Assembly (NCBI GenBank): GCA_041798765.1
Contig: JBHCAZ010000034.1
Span: 9,116-73,115, forward strand
DNA length: 64,000 nt
Direction of reading: 5' to 3'
From: Parabacteroides sp.
GTDB lineage: Bacteria; Bacteroidota; Bacteroidia; Bacteroidales; Tannerellaceae
Shown here: positions 30,710-41,794 of the stretch, one piece after another
Layout of the letters: every line of letters starts with the position of its first letter
Position numbering within the stretch: position 1 is the first letter of the stretch
Notes under the pieces: generated by a model
Seen by the model: the letters and a program-made list of their open reading frames with translations, nothing else
The model's database searches: none
What the model was told of the DNA's origin: nothing
Program-made: the position numbers and the translations under genes

Positions 30710-33700
30710 TTAAAATGTTACATTCAAACCGAGTATGAATTGGCGCGGCATTCCGTAAGAGCCGTAATCGGTTCCTTTATTCCGGTCTTTTGAATTTCCG
30801 TTGCCGTCATCGGTACGCACTTCCGGATCCAATCCCGAATAACCGGTTATTGTAAAGACATTGGCAGCTTGTGTATAGATGCGTATCTTTTCAAATCCGA
30901 TTTTTTTCAAGATCTGTTTCGGAAGCGTATAACCTAAAGTCAGTGTTTGCATACGTAAATAGGACCCGTCTTCGATATAGCCGGAATTCGATTCGTTGGC
31001 CGTAATGGTGCTTTCGCCTCCAGTTGTTGCCCACAGCGGATAAATACCATCCGGATTCTTTGTCGGATGCCAGGAGTTATCGCGCCGATCTTTCGAATAA
31101 GCAGATTGTAATGATCCGTAATGGGTATAATATTTATAGAGGGCAAAAATGTCATTCCCTACACTGAAATATAAGTAGGTACTCAGGTCGAAGCCTTTGT
31201 ATCCGGCACTGAGATTCAAACCTCCGGTAAAGTCGGGATGCGGATTTCCGATAAATGTTCGGTCGTCTGCAGTGATTTTGCCGTCATTATTTACGTCTTT
31301 TACCCGATAGTGCCCGATGATACTTTTGGGATTCAGATCTTTCGGGTCCGTAACACCGTAAGGCAGAACAGCCTGTCCGTTGTCGTTTTTATAATTTCGG
31401 ACATCTTCTTCTGTTTTATAGATTCCGTCGAGCACGTAACCGTGGAACATGCCGACCGGCTGTCCTTCATACAGTACATTCATATTGGAAATGCGGGTCC
31501 CCTCGAAAATACCGGCTTTGGAACCTATTTTCAACAATTTGTTTTTGTAGGTGGAGAGATTCAGCCCGATCGAATAATTGAAGCCTGCTTTTTTCTCTCG
31601 CCAAATCAGATTGAAATCAATACCTCTATTTTCCATATCGCCTATATTGACTTTCGGCTTGTTGGCGTTGCCGGCCAATGCCGACCAATTGGCATCGATT
31701 AGCATGTCGGATGTTTTTTTGATATAATAATCGAAATTAAAATTCAACCGATTTCCGAAAGCGGTGAGGTCGATACCTGTATTCAGCATTTTGGAGGTTT
31801 CCCACTTGGCGTTCACGTCTCCTAAGTCGGTTACTCCATAACCTGCGTATACGTCTGTATCCGAACCCGTTATACTGTATAAATAGGTGTTCCCGGTTCC
31901 ATATTGGAAAGCGTAATTATAGGCTCCGATGTTTGAGTTTCCAGTCGTTCCGTATCCTGCTCTGATTTTCAGATCGTCAATAAACTCTTTTGTTTTCTCC
32001 ATGAATTTTTCGTCAGACATACGCCACCCTAAAGAGAGGGATGGAAATGTTCCCCAACGGTTTTTAGACGAGAATTTGGACGAGGCGTCACGGCGAACGG
32101 TTGCTGTTGCCAAATAACGTCCTTGATATGAATAATCTACACGTCCGAAAATACCGAACATGGTAGTTTTGCTCATCATACTGCCTCCATTACCCATGTT
32201 GGCGGTCGAACCGTTGTCTATGATCCAGGTGTTCGGGTTGTTTTGGAACGGATAATCGTATCTGCTGGCAGATAAAGAACGTCCGATTCCTTCTTTGATA
32301 GCTTCCGAACCGACAACAAAATTGAGATCATGATGTTCTCTGATTTTCTTGGAGTAGGTAGCCGTGTTTGTCCACTGCCATGAAAACCAGAAGTTTGCCT
32401 GCTCATTGAATTGATTTTTGCTTGTTCCTTCTTTGTTCGTCATGATGGTTCGCTTATTCATCCAATAATCCCACATGCCATTCAGGCGCGTGCTGAACTG
32501 CGTACGGATTTTGAGTTTTTCAATCGGAATAAGTTCGGCATATACCGCTGATTGCGTCCGGAAGAAACGACGGCGGTTGTCTTTTTCCTGATTGACGGTC
32601 TGTACGGCAGTGTTGGCACGCCCTCCTTCCGGAGCTTGTGATCCGGCATAGTCTCCTCCAACATTGTATACGGGCACCCAAGGCTGGATGGAGAATGTTT
32701 TTCCGAACGTGTTATCATCTCCTTGCCGACCGCGCTCTCCGGAATTTTCCATCAAAGCGATATTGGTATTTTGTCCGATATTAAAATATTTGTTTACGAA
32801 GAAATTGGTGTTTGCCCGTAACGAATAACGGCGGAAAAAGGAATGTTTGATTGTTCCTTCACGATCCATATAGCCTAAAGAGGCTGAATAGGTCGATTTT
32901 TTACCGCCTCCTGAAATGGAAACCTGATGATCTTGAATTTTTCCGGTCTGTTTAACCTCTTTCAGCCAATCGGTTCCTTTCCTTGCTTCTGCTTCCGAAT
33001 AACCGTCTTCCAACATTTGGTAATAAGCGGAACGTGACCAGGAATCCGAACCGTTATCTTTATATGAACTGATCCAGTTTTCGATGCTTCCAAACCGAGC
33101 GATTATCTGATCTTTAGACAATCCTGCGGGTTTAATGGCGTATGGCATTGTCAAATTACCCATTTCGTCCAATTTCCCGAATTGGGAGTGAGATCCCTCT
33201 ATTCCTCTGAAATCAAACAAGTTTCGTAAACCTTCAGCCTGAAATTCCATGGCTTCCCAGGCATCCAGCAGATTGTATCCGTTATTTGCCATTTGGGCGA
33301 CCCCTACATATCCGTTGTAGGAAACTTCCACCCGATCGTTTTTGTTTCCCTGTTTTGTTGTAATGATGATGACTCCATTAGCTCCTTTCGCTCCGTATAT
33401 GGCAGAAGCTGCGGCGTCTTTGAGGATCTGCATGGATTCGATATCGTTCGGATTGACGGCGTTGATGTCAACACCCGATACACCGTCGACGATGATCAGT
33501 GGATCGGATCCGTTTACAGAACCTACGCCGCGGATGCGGATCGTCGTTTCACCCAGTGGCCCTCCTCCGGCTGAAACATATACTCCGGCAGCTTTTCCTT
33601 GTAAGGCTTCTGAAAAATTAGATACGGGGGTTTCTTTTAAGTCGTCCGTGGCTACAACGGCTACCGATCCGGTGATGTCTTTTTTCGCTTGCGTACTGTA

Positions 33701-34096
33701 ACCGGTGACAACGACCTCATCTATCGCCTTCGTATCTTCGATAAGGGTTATTTTTATCGAATGTTGGTCGTTCTTCAATGCAATTTCCTGTGTGACATAC
33801 CCGATGTAAGAAACGGTTAAGATTGCATTCGGTGGTACATTGTCGATCACAGCATGTCCGTTCATGTCGGAAATATTTCCGATTGTGGTCCCTTTTACGA
33901 TGACATTGGCGCCGAGTACCGGGCCTTGTTCATCTACAATCATACATGTAACTTGCCTGCCGTTTTGTTGAACATTTGCAAATCCGCGATTGGGTACGGA
34001 GGCAGACAGATTTGTTTCCGAGGCGAAACCTGCGCTTGTTCCGTATAGTAGAAAAGCGCAAAGAAAAAAATGCTTACAGCATACAAAATTCCCCAT
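30710..34096 (-). CDS. SusC/RagA TonB-dependent transporter
   Basis: DEVVVTGY, LKDAAASAIYGAKGANGVIIITTK, terminal LNVTF. Confidence 0.97.
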   Translation of the reverse strand: MGNFVCCKHFFLCAFLLYGTSAGFASETNLSASVPNRGFANVQQNGRQVTCMIVDEQGPVLGANVIVKGTTIGNISDMNGHAVIDNVPPNAILTVSYIGYVTQEIALKNDQHSIKITLIEDTKAIDEVVVTGYSTQAKKDITGSVAVVATDDLKETPVSNFSEALQGKAAGVYVSAGGGPLGETTIRIRGVGSVNGSDPLIIVDGVSGVDINAVNPNDIESMQILKDAAASAIYGAKGANGVIIITTKQGNKNDRVEVSYNGYVGVAQMANNGYNLLDAWEAMEFQAEGLRNLFDFRGIEGSHSQFGKLDEMGNLTMPYAIKPAGLSKDQIIARFGSIENWISSYKDNGSDSWSRSAYYQMLEDGYSEAEARKGTDWLKEVKQTGKIQDHQVSISGGGKKSTYSASLGYMDREGTIKHSFFRRYSLRANTNFFVNKYFNIGQNTNIALMENSGERGRQGDDNTFGKTFSIQPWVPVYNVGGDYAGSQAPEGGRANTAVQTVNQEKDNRRRFFRTQSAVYAELIPIEKLKIRTQFSTRLNGMWDYWMNKRTIMTNKEGTSKNQFNEQANFWFSWQWTNTATYSKKIREHHDLNFVVGSEAIKEGIGRSLSASRYDYPFQNNPNTWIIDNGSTANMGNGGSMMSKTTMFGIFGRVDYSYQGRYLATATVRRDASSKFSSKNRWGTFPSLSLGWRMSDEKFMEKTKEFIDDLKIRAGYGTTGNSNIGAYNYAFQYGTGNTYLYSITGSDTDVYAGYGVTDLGDVNAKWETSKMLNTGIDLTAFGNRLNFNFDYYIKKTSDMLIDANWSALAGNANKPKVNIGDMENRGIDFNLIWREKKAGFNYSIGLNLSTYKNKLLKIGSKAGIFEGTRISNMNVLYEGQPVGMFHGYVLDGIYKTEEDVRNYKNDNGQAVLPYGVTDPKDLNPKSIIGHYRVKDVNNDGKITADDRTFIGNPHPDFTGGLNLSAGYKGFDLSTYLYFSVGNDIFALYKYYTHYGSLQSAYSKDRRDNSWHPTKNPDGIYPLWATTGGESTITANESNSGYIEDGSYLRMQTLTLGYTLPKQILKKIGFEKIRIYTQAANVFTITGYSGLDPEVRTDDGNGNSKDRNKGTDYGSYGMPRQFILGLNVTF

Positions 34097-34451
34097 AATT
34101 ATTAGACTTTAAGAAATAAATGAAAAACACAATTAATTTATATATGATTTTTTTTATTCTGTCACCAACGCTTCGGATCAAGTTTACTTTTTGTGGTTAC
34201 CACTTAATTTTTTTTGTATTAGAAAATACTGCTTGTAAAAATAATAAAAAAATATAAATATTCAATCTTTTTTTTGTTTTTTTCTTTATTTTTTTTTCGC
34301 AACATCAATCTGTGATTTCATTCGGTAGTTCAGGGAGGGGAATACCTTCATATACGGGAGAAATTTTCGGAGAACAAGCCTTTTCTGGTGAAAGACCTCT
34401 ATGCCATCGTGAAAAATACCGATAGGGGTAGGCTTCTTGAAATATTCTGCG

Positions 34452-34459
34452 TACATTTG
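34452..34459 (+). promoter_or_regulatory. -7 box upstream of ftsK
   Basis: TACATTTG. Confidence 0.55.
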
Positions 34460-34485
34460 CGTGTTTCAAAAATATGTGGATGTAA

Positions 34486-36945
34486 ATGGCAAAAAAAACA
34501 ATTACCGGAAAACAACCTCTTTCTAAGGAGGAGGGGCGATTAAATGGATTCAAGGCTTTTTTTACGAATGAACGAACGCTTTTTGTTGCAGGACTCATAC
34601 TTGCGATCGTCGCTATTTACATTGGATTGGCTTTGATCTCTTTCTTTTTTACAGGAGCGGCCGATCAAAGTCGGATCGAAAATGTGTTGTTGAAAGATTT
34701 GCTGTCTAATAAAGGATCGGTGGAGAACTGGACCGGTGTGAGAGGAGCGTTTCTGGCCGATTTGTTTATGAATCGCTGGTTTGGAGTATCTTCTTTTCTG
34801 ATCCTGTTCTTTTTAGGATCTGCAGGAGCCAAATTGATGAAGCTGAAAAATGTGTCGCTTGTAAAGCGTTTCCTCTTTTGTTCGGTAGGGCTTATTTGGG
34901 GATCTTTGTTCTTCGCTTTTATTTTTATTAAAGGGTATGAAGACTCATTTATTTATTTAGGGGGACAACATGGCTATTATTTGTCGGAAATGATGATTCG
35001 CAATATCGGAGTTCCGGGAACTTTTTTGCTGTTGCTCGGTTCGTTTCTGATTATTGCCGTTTGTTTTTCGACCCGTACGATTCCGTTTTTACGCAAACTG
35101 TTTTCTTTGGGGTGGCTGGCCCGCTTTAAACGCAAACAAAAACCGGAGAGCGGATTGACGGTTGTTCCCGAAATGCCGCATGAAGTTTTTGAACAGCCGG
35201 ATGCCGGTCCGGATATGGATCCGATAGTGGAATCGGTTCCTGAAAAAGAAAAAGCAGCCGATCCGTTCGTCGGACCGGATGACTTTATTGTGACTGTTCC
35301 CGAAAATGAGGAAAATGCGCCTTTTGAAGAACCTGTTGTTGATCAACAGGAAGAGGAAAGCCGACCGATGGAGGAGGATGTCTTTTCGGTGGAAGTGGCT
35401 CCTGAAGAGGAAGAATACGATGCTTCCGGACAAGGGGATTATGATCCGAAATTGGATCTTTCCACGTATAAATACCCCGTGATCGACTTGCTGAAAAAAT
35501 ATGACCAAAACGACCATCAGGTCGACATGGAGGAACAATTAGCCAATCAGCGGCGTATCAAACAGACGTTGGAAAGTTTCGGTATCAGTATCGCTTCCAT
35601 TAAGGCAACCGTTGGCCCGACAATTACGTTGTACGAGGTCATTCCGGATACTGGTGTCCGTATTTCAAAAATCAAGAATTTGGAAGATGATATTGCGTTG
35701 AATCTCTCTGCTTTAGGTATCCGTATCATAGCCCCCATGCCGGGTAAAGGAACGATCGGCATCGAGGTTCCGAATAAAGATCCGCAAATCGTTTCGATGC
35801 AGTCCGTCATTGCCTCCCGGAAGTTTCAGGAGTCGAAACACGATCTGCCCGTTGTTCTTGGTAAAACCATAACAAACGAGATTTTCATGTTCGACCTCTG
35901 CAAGATGCCGCACTTGTTGGTAGCTGGTGCTACGGGACAGGGAAAATCAGTTGGTCTGAATGCGATCATAACCTCTTTGTTGTACAAAAAACATCCTTCT
36001 GAATTGAAATTTGTACTGGTCGATCCCAAGATGGTGGAATTCGGTATTTATGGAGAGTTGGAACGTCATTATTTGGCTAAATTGCCGGATAGCGATAAAG
36101 CGGTGATAACCGATTGTACGAAAGTTATCATGACGCTGAATTCCGTTTGTAAGGAGATGGACGACCGTTACGAACTGTTGATGAAAGCGCATGTCCGTAA
36201 TATAAAGGAATACAATGCAAAATTTATTTCGCGTCATTTGAATCCGCAGAAAGGCCATAAATTTATGCCGTTTATCGTGGTGATTATCGATGAGTTCGGC
36301 GATCTGATCATGCAGGCAGGGAAGGAGATCGAAACACCGATCGCCCGTATTGCCCAGAAAGCCCGTGCCGTAGGTATTCACATGATTATAGCGACGCAAC
36401 GTCCGTCTACCAATATCATTACCGGTATTATTAAGGCGAATTTCCCGGCCCGTATGGCTTTCCGGGTCATGCAGATGGTCGACTCCCGGACGATTTTGGA
36501 TGCTCCGGGGGCCAATCAGTTGATCGGACGTGGCGATTTGCTTTTCTCGCAAGGTGGAGAAACAAATCGTGTACAATGTGCTTTTGTGGATACTCCGGAG
36601 GTTGAACGGATCGTCGATTATATTTCGGCGCAGGCGGGATATCCGACAGCATTCCTCCTGCCGGAATATGTTCCGGAGGGAGGAGACGGTAAAGAACCCG
36701 GTGCTGTGGATTTATCGGATCGGGATCCGTTGTTTGACGAAGCCGCCCGTCTGATCGTTATTCAGCAACAGGGCTCAACCTCGCTTATTCAGCGCAAATT
36801 CGCTATCGGTTATAATCGGGCCGGGCGGTTGATGGACCAATTGGAGGCGGCAGGTATTGTCGGTCCGTTTGAGGGAAGTAAAGCCCGGCAGGTGTTGATT
36901 CAGGATGAATATAGCCTGGAACAATTGTTGAACGCTTTAAAATAA
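34486..36945 (+). CDS. ftsK: DNA translocase FtsK
   Basis: N-terminal TMs, PHLLVAGATGQGKS, ATQRPS, gamma domain IGYNRAGRLMDQLE. Confidence 0.98.
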   Translation: MAKKTITGKQPLSKEEGRLNGFKAFFTNERTLFVAGLILAIVAIYIGLALISFFFTGAADQSRIENVLLKDLLSNKGSVENWTGVRGAFLADLFMNRWFGVSSFLILFFLGSAGAKLMKLKNVSLVKRFLFCSVGLIWGSLFFAFIFIKGYEDSFIYLGGQHGYYLSEMMIRNIGVPGTFLLLLGSFLIIAVCFSTRTIPFLRKLFSLGWLARFKRKQKPESGLTVVPEMPHEVFEQPDAGPDMDPIVESVPEKEKAADPFVGPDDFIVTVPENEENAPFEEPVVDQQEEESRPMEEDVFSVEVAPEEEEYDASGQGDYDPKLDLSTYKYPVIDLLKKYDQNDHQVDMEEQLANQRRIKQTLESFGISIASIKATVGPTITLYEVIPDTGVRISKIKNLEDDIALNLSALGIRIIAPMPGKGTIGIEVPNKDPQIVSMQSVIASRKFQESKHDLPVVLGKTITNEIFMFDLCKMPHLLVAGATGQGKSVGLNAIITSLLYKKHPSELKFVLVDPKMVEFGIYGELERHYLAKLPDSDKAVITDCTKVIMTLNSVCKEMDDRYELLMKAHVRNIKEYNAKFISRHLNPQKGHKFMPFIVVIIDEFGDLIMQAGKEIETPIARIAQKARAVGIHMIIATQRPSTNIITGIIKANFPARMAFRVMQMVDSRTILDAPGANQLIGRGDLLFSQGGETNRVQCAFVDTPEVERIVDYISAQAGYPTAFLLPEYVPEGGDGKEPGAVDLSDRDPLFDEAARLIVIQQQGSTSLIQRKFAIGYNRAGRLMDQLEAAGIVGPFEGSKARQVLIQDEYSLEQLLNALK

Positions 36946-36952
36946 GAGATGT

Positions 36953-37612
36953 ATGAAAAGAAATAGAAATAAAATAACAACCTTTTTCGGTGGCATGATG
37001 CTCTTTTTGTTGATGTCCCTATCGATGAAGGCCCAGCAGGCGACGGCCATTTTGGATAAGGCCATATCGGCCTATGAAAAGTCGAATGGCATACGGGCTG
37101 CCTTTACCATACAGACCCGTTCGGAAGCGGAACGGGTTTCTGAACGTTCGGACGGCACGATAAGCATTCGGGACGATAAATTCGTACTGAAGACCTCCGA
37201 TTTTTCGATTTGGTTTGATGGCACTACGCAGTGGACCTATATGGAACGAAACAGTGAGGTTAATGTATCGACGCCGGACGAGGAAGAGTTGCTGATGACC
37301 AATCCGATTTTCTTATTAAAGGCATATAAAAAAGGTTTTACGGCTCGGTATAAGGGTGAAAGCACGGCTTTTTCGGGAAAAACGGCACAGGATATCGAGC
37401 TTGTCCCGAAAAAGAAAGGAGATATCGTACAGGTGGAATTGCAGATTGAAAAGTCGTCCGGCCTGCCTGCCTCCATTCAGGTTTTGACCCGGAACGGAAT
37501 GCGTTCTGTTATTCGTGTACATAAAATGGAGACCGGTATAAACCAACCCGACCGTTTTTTTGTTTTTGATAAAAATGAGTATCCGGATGTAGAGGTTATC
37601 GATCTCCGATAA
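36953..37612 (+). CDS. lolA: LolA-like lipoprotein carrier
   Basis: WFDGTTQWTY...EVNVS; ftsK-lolA synteny. Confidence 0.8.
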   Translation: MKRNRNKITTFFGGMMLFLLMSLSMKAQQATAILDKAISAYEKSNGIRAAFTIQTRSEAERVSERSDGTISIRDDKFVLKTSDFSIWFDGTTQWTYMERNSEVNVSTPDEEELLMTNPIFLLKAYKKGFTARYKGESTAFSGKTAQDIELVPKKKGDIVQVELQIEKSSGLPASIQVLTRNGMRSVIRVHKMETGINQPDRFFVFDKNEYPDVEVIDLR

Positions 37613-37647
37613 CCGGAATGTTAAAAAAATAAATAAAAAAGAGATAT

Positions 37648-38592
37648 ATGACAAACGAAAAAGTACGTTGCTTGATTATCGGTTCCGGCCCTGCCGGATA
37701 TACAGCAGCCATTTATGCTTCTCGCGCCAATTTGTCTCCGGTTTTATATGAAGGAATTCAACCGGGTGGACAGTTGACTTCAACGACGGATGTGGAAAAC
37801 TTTCCCGGATATCCGGAAGGCGTAACCGGTGTGGAATTGATGGAGGATTTGAAAAAGCAAGCTGTTCGTTTCGGGGCGGATGTTCGGATGGGTATTGTTA
37901 CTGCAACCGATCTTTCGACAGCTCCGTATAAAGTGACTGTGGATGGAGAAAAAACGCTCGAAGCCGAAACATTGATTATCGCAACCGGAGCTACGGCTAA
38001 ATATTTAGGACTTCCTGATGAACAAAAATATGCCGGAATGGGAGTTTCGGCTTGTGCTACCTGTGACGGATTTTTCTACAGAAAGAAAGTGGTTGCAGTA
38101 GTTGGCGGCGGCGATACGGCTTGCGAAGAGGCGTTGTATTTGTCGGGGCTGGCAAAAAAGGTCTATTTGATCGTCCGGAAACCTTATCTGCGTGCTTCGA
38201 AAGTGATGCAGGAACGGGTGTTCAATACACCGAATATTACGGTACTGTTTGAACATAATACCTCGGGGCTGTTTGGTGAAAACGGTTTGGAGGGAGCTCA
38301 TTTGGTAAAGCGGCAAGGAGAAGCCGATGAAGAAGCTGTAGACATTGCCATCGATGGATTTTTCTTGGCGATCGGGCATAAACCGAATTCCGATTTATTC
38401 AAACAGTGGATCGAAACCGACGAGATCGGCTATATAAAAACAATTCCCGGAACGCCAAAGACGACTGTTCCCGGTGTTTTTGCTGCCGGAGATGTGGCCG
38501 ATCCGCATTACCGTCAGGCAATCACAGCAGCCGGAAGTGGTTGCGCAGCGGCAATTGAGGCCGAACGTTACCTCTCGGAGAGACGAAAATAA
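37648..38592 (+). CDS. trxB: thioredoxin reductase
   Basis: GSGPAG, CATCDG, GGGDTA, AAGDV. Confidence 0.97.
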   Translation: MTNEKVRCLIIGSGPAGYTAAIYASRANLSPVLYEGIQPGGQLTSTTDVENFPGYPEGVTGVELMEDLKKQAVRFGADVRMGIVTATDLSTAPYKVTVDGEKTLEAETLIIATGATAKYLGLPDEQKYAGMGVSACATCDGFFYRKKVVAVVGGGDTACEEALYLSGLAKKVYLIVRKPYLRASKVMQERVFNTPNITVLFEHNTSGLFGENGLEGAHLVKRQGEADEEAVDIAIDGFFLAIGHKPNSDLFKQWIETDEIGYIKTIPGTPKTTVPGVFAAGDVADPHYRQAITAAGSGCAAAIEAERYLSERRK

Positions 38593-38623
38593 ACGTTTTT
38601 AATTTTTTATAGAACAAAACAGT

Positions 38624-39403
38624 ATGAGACAGTCGAGGTTTCTATGGTGTCTGCTTTTGTCATTGGCGGTCATTATGCCGGCAGGGGCGAAGCGAAAAAC
38701 GAAAGTGATTGCCCATCGCGGTTATTGGAAATGCGAAGGTTCCGCCGAAAATTCTATCCGATCTTTGGAGCGGGCAAATGAAATTAAGGTGTATGGTTCC
38801 GAGTTTGACGTCTCTTTGACAGCAGATAATGTTCCCGTGGTTTTCCACGACCGGGATATCAAGGGAAAACGGATCGAGCTGATGCCTTACAAGGATATTC
38901 AAGATACCCCGCTGTTGAATGGTGAAATTTTACCTACATTGGCGCAGTATTTGGAACGGGCTAAAAAATTGAAGCGGATAAAGCTTATCTTTGAGTTGAA
39001 ACCGCATGTTTCTCCCGAACGGGACCGGGAAGCGGCTAAAATCGTAGTCGATATGATTCATGCCGCTCGTTTAGACAAGCGTACCGAATACATTACTTTT
39101 AGCTTAGAAGCTGCCAAGGAGCTGCATCGCCTTTCTCCGAAAACACCGGTTTATTATTTGAAAGGCGATTTGTCGCCGAAACAATTGAAAGAATTGGGAT
39201 TCGCAGGATTAGATTATTATTATCAAGTGATGCAAAAACATCCGGAATGGTTTAAAGAGGCGAAAGAGCTCGGTTTAAAAGTGAATGTATGGACGGTAAA
39301 TGACCGGAAAATAATGGAAGAAATGATTGCACTTGGAGCGGATTTTATCACTACCGATCATCCGGAAGAGGCACAGGAGGTTATTCGTACGTTCTGTGAC
39401 TGA
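38624..39403 (+). CDS. glycerophosphodiester phosphodiesterase
   Basis: IAHRG, EFDV, HD, ELK, VWTVN, ITTD. Confidence 0.93.
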   Translation: MRQSRFLWCLLLSLAVIMPAGAKRKTKVIAHRGYWKCEGSAENSIRSLERANEIKVYGSEFDVSLTADNVPVVFHDRDIKGKRIELMPYKDIQDTPLLNGEILPTLAQYLERAKKLKRIKLIFELKPHVSPERDREAAKIVVDMIHAARLDKRTEYITFSLEAAKELHRLSPKTPVYYLKGDLSPKQLKELGFAGLDYYYQVMQKHPEWFKEAKELGLKVNVWTVNDRKIMEEMIALGADFITTDHPEEAQEVIRTFCD

Positions 39404-40887
39404 TGCAGATGAAGAAAATTGTTTGGATTTCGTTTTTCCTTTTACTGTTTTTTGAGGGCGCTGATGCGGTCGATCCTCCTAAAAGGGAAATAAGAGGTGT
39501 TTGGTTGACAACGATTTACGGATTGGATTGGCCCGATAGGCCGGCTCAGACCGAAAGGGAGAGACAAGAACAGCAACAGCAGATTTGTTCGATCTTGGAT
39601 CGTCTGCAGGATGCTAATTTTAATACGGTTTTTTTGCAAGTCCGTTTACGGGGAGATGTTATATGGCGTTCGGCCATCGAACCGGCCAGTAAAGTCTTTT
39701 CCGGACGATATGGGACGATGCCCGGTTATGATCCGTTAGCTTTTGTGGTAGAGGAATGCCATAAACGGGGATTGGAATGTCATGCCTGGTTTGTCACTTT
39801 TCCGGTGGGAACCATGGAGACGGTCAGGGAACAAGGCCGTTTATCGGTCGTTAAACGGCATCCGGAGCTTTGTAAACGGCATAATGGAGAATGGTATCTG
39901 GATCCGGGAGTACCTGCTACGGCCGATTATCTGCTCTCTTTGATTAAGGAGCTGGTCAACGGGTATGATATAGACGGCATCCACTTCGATTATATCCGGT
40001 ATCCCGAGCAGGCGGATAAATTTCCAGACAAGGCTTCTTTTCGGAAATACGGCCATCGGATTTCATTGAACGAATGGCGTAGAGAGAATATCAATCGCAT
40101 GATGGCCCGTTTTTATGATTGGGTAAAATCGGCTAAACCATGGGTGCAAGTCAGCAGTTCCCCTTTAGGCAAGTATAGCCGGATCCCTCGGATGCCGAAT
40201 GCCGGATGGACCGCTTACGAAAGCGTACATCAGGATCCGGAAAGATGGATGCGGCAAGGAAAGCAGGATTTGGTTGTGCCGATGATGTACTATTTGCAGG
40301 ATAATTTTTTTCCTTTTGTCGATAACTGGGTAGAAAATAGCCACGGCCGGTTGATTGTGCCAGGATTGGGCGCTTATCGCATGTTGAAAGAGGAAGCGGA
40401 CTGGGAATTGAATGATCTGACAGACCAGATTGATTACAGCCGTTACTTCGGAGGAGCCGGAGTCGTCTTTTTTCGTTGTGCACAGATTGTCGACAATACC
40501 AAAGGTATATACGATGAATTGAAAACGCACTATTATCGCTATCCGGCCCTGTTACCTCCATTGAACTGGTTGAACCCGGTCGCGCCGGAAGCCCCAAAAG
40601 AGATCGAGGTCATTCTGTCGGGTAATGAGTTGAAACTTTCCTGGAATAAACCGGCTGTAACAGACGAGGTAACCTATACCGTTTATTATTCGCAGACCGA
40701 TACCATCGACTATACATTAGCCAAACATGTCCTGATAACAGGCGTCCGGGATACGTCCGTCTTTCTGCCGGTGGATGTAAAAAAGGAGCAGGGCTTCCTT
40801 TTTTCCGTGTCGGCATCTACCCGATATCACGTGGAAAGCATCCCCTCGCGTGAAACCTACTATTACCTGTCCGGGTACCCCAAATGA
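39403..40887 (+). CDS. GHL10 (YddW/DigH-like) glycosyl hydrolase with FN3-like tail
   Basis: EIRGVWLTT...LDWP, ECHAWF, DGIHFDYIRYP. Confidence 0.88.
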   Translation: MQMKKIVWISFFLLLFFEGADAVDPPKREIRGVWLTTIYGLDWPDRPAQTERERQEQQQQICSILDRLQDANFNTVFLQVRLRGDVIWRSAIEPASKVFSGRYGTMPGYDPLAFVVEECHKRGLECHAWFVTFPVGTMETVREQGRLSVVKRHPELCKRHNGEWYLDPGVPATADYLLSLIKELVNGYDIDGIHFDYIRYPEQADKFPDKASFRKYGHRISLNEWRRENINRMMARFYDWVKSAKPWVQVSSSPLGKYSRIPRMPNAGWTAYESVHQDPERWMRQGKQDLVVPMMYYLQDNFFPFVDNWVENSHGRLIVPGLGAYRMLKEEADWELNDLTDQIDYSRYFGGAGVVFFRCAQIVDNTKGIYDELKTHYYRYPALLPPLNWLNPVAPEAPKEIEVILSGNELKLSWNKPAVTDEVTYTVYYSQTDTIDYTLAKHVLITGVRDTSVFLPVDVKKEQGFLFSVSASTRYHVESIPSRETYYYLSGYPK

Positions 40888-40927
40888 TCAGTGGCTGATC
40901 CACAGCACTACTGCTGCGAAGGGTCGT

Positions 40928-41731
40928 TTATTCGAACTCGAAAAGTTCTGAGGGAGTTGTCCGTTTCAATACATGCAGGGCAACATCCTTTCCTACGCGT
41001 ATGCCCTCTTCGAAGAGGCGTATGTCAATGGTTTTGTAAGCCAGTTCCGGATGGTTGTTGTCTCTGCTGAGGTGGCACAACCATACATCCTTCAATTTGG
41101 GATCGTAGTGGGTTGCCAGGAAATCGGCCGTTTCCCGATTGCTTAAATGGCCGGTAGGACTGGCTACCCGTTCTTTCAAAAAAGCAGGATAGGTTCCGAA
41201 CTGGAGCATTTCTACATCATAGTTTGCCTCGATAATCAGATGATTGGCCATACACATATAACGGCTTACCGTGTCGGTGATATGCCCTACATCGGTTGCG
41301 AAGGTGAATTTATGTTCTCCGTATTCGATATGATACCCGACGTTGTCGCTGCTGTCATGAGGGACTTCAAATGCCGTTATCTGAAAATCGCGGATTGTAA
41401 AAGGGATCTCTTTCTGGATAATTCTCTGCGACTGAATCAGTTTTTCTTCTACATAACGGCTCTTGTTGATCCCTTGATGGACGGCTTCCGTTGTGTAAAT
41501 GGGTATATAAAGCTTTTCGCCTAAATATCCTACCGTTTTGATATGGTCTGCATGATCGTGTGTTATCAGGACTGCAACAATACGGGAAAAATCGATGGAA
41601 CGGTCTTTCAGTATTTTTTTTATCGTCCGAATCCCTATACCTGCATCAATCAGTATCCCGAACTCTTGCGTCCCCAGATAGTAGCAGTTTCCGCTACTGC
41701 CGCTTGCCAAACTTAGAAATGATATTTTCAT
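40928..41731 (-). CDS. MBL-fold metallohydrolase (YycJ/WalJ-like)
   Basis: LASGSSGN, THDHADH, HLSRDNN. Confidence 0.9.
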   Translation of the reverse strand: MKISFLSLASGSSGNCYYLGTQEFGILIDAGIGIRTIKKILKDRSIDFSRIVAVLITHDHADHIKTVGYLGEKLYIPIYTTEAVHQGINKSRYVEEKLIQSQRIIQKEIPFTIRDFQITAFEVPHDSSDNVGYHIEYGEHKFTFATDVGHITDTVSRYMCMANHLIIEANYDVEMLQFGTYPAFLKERVASPTGHLSNRETADFLATHYDPKLKDVWLCHLSRDNNHPELAYKTIDIRLFEEGIRVGKDVALHVLKRTTPSELFEFE

Positions 41732-41794
41732 TGATTCTTTTCTTACAAACAAAACCGCACGGTTTTATTTTCAACGGAGGCAAAGTTAATAATT

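Noticed and set aside
34097-34300. Possible invertible promoter upstream of susC
   Set aside because: No convincing flanking inverted repeats beyond A/T runs and no adjacent recombinase
34323-34360. CGGTAGTTCAG...GAATACC resembling the 5' half of tRNA-Asp upstream of ftsK
   Set aside because: No T-arm, acceptor pairing or valid anticodon loop; likely chance
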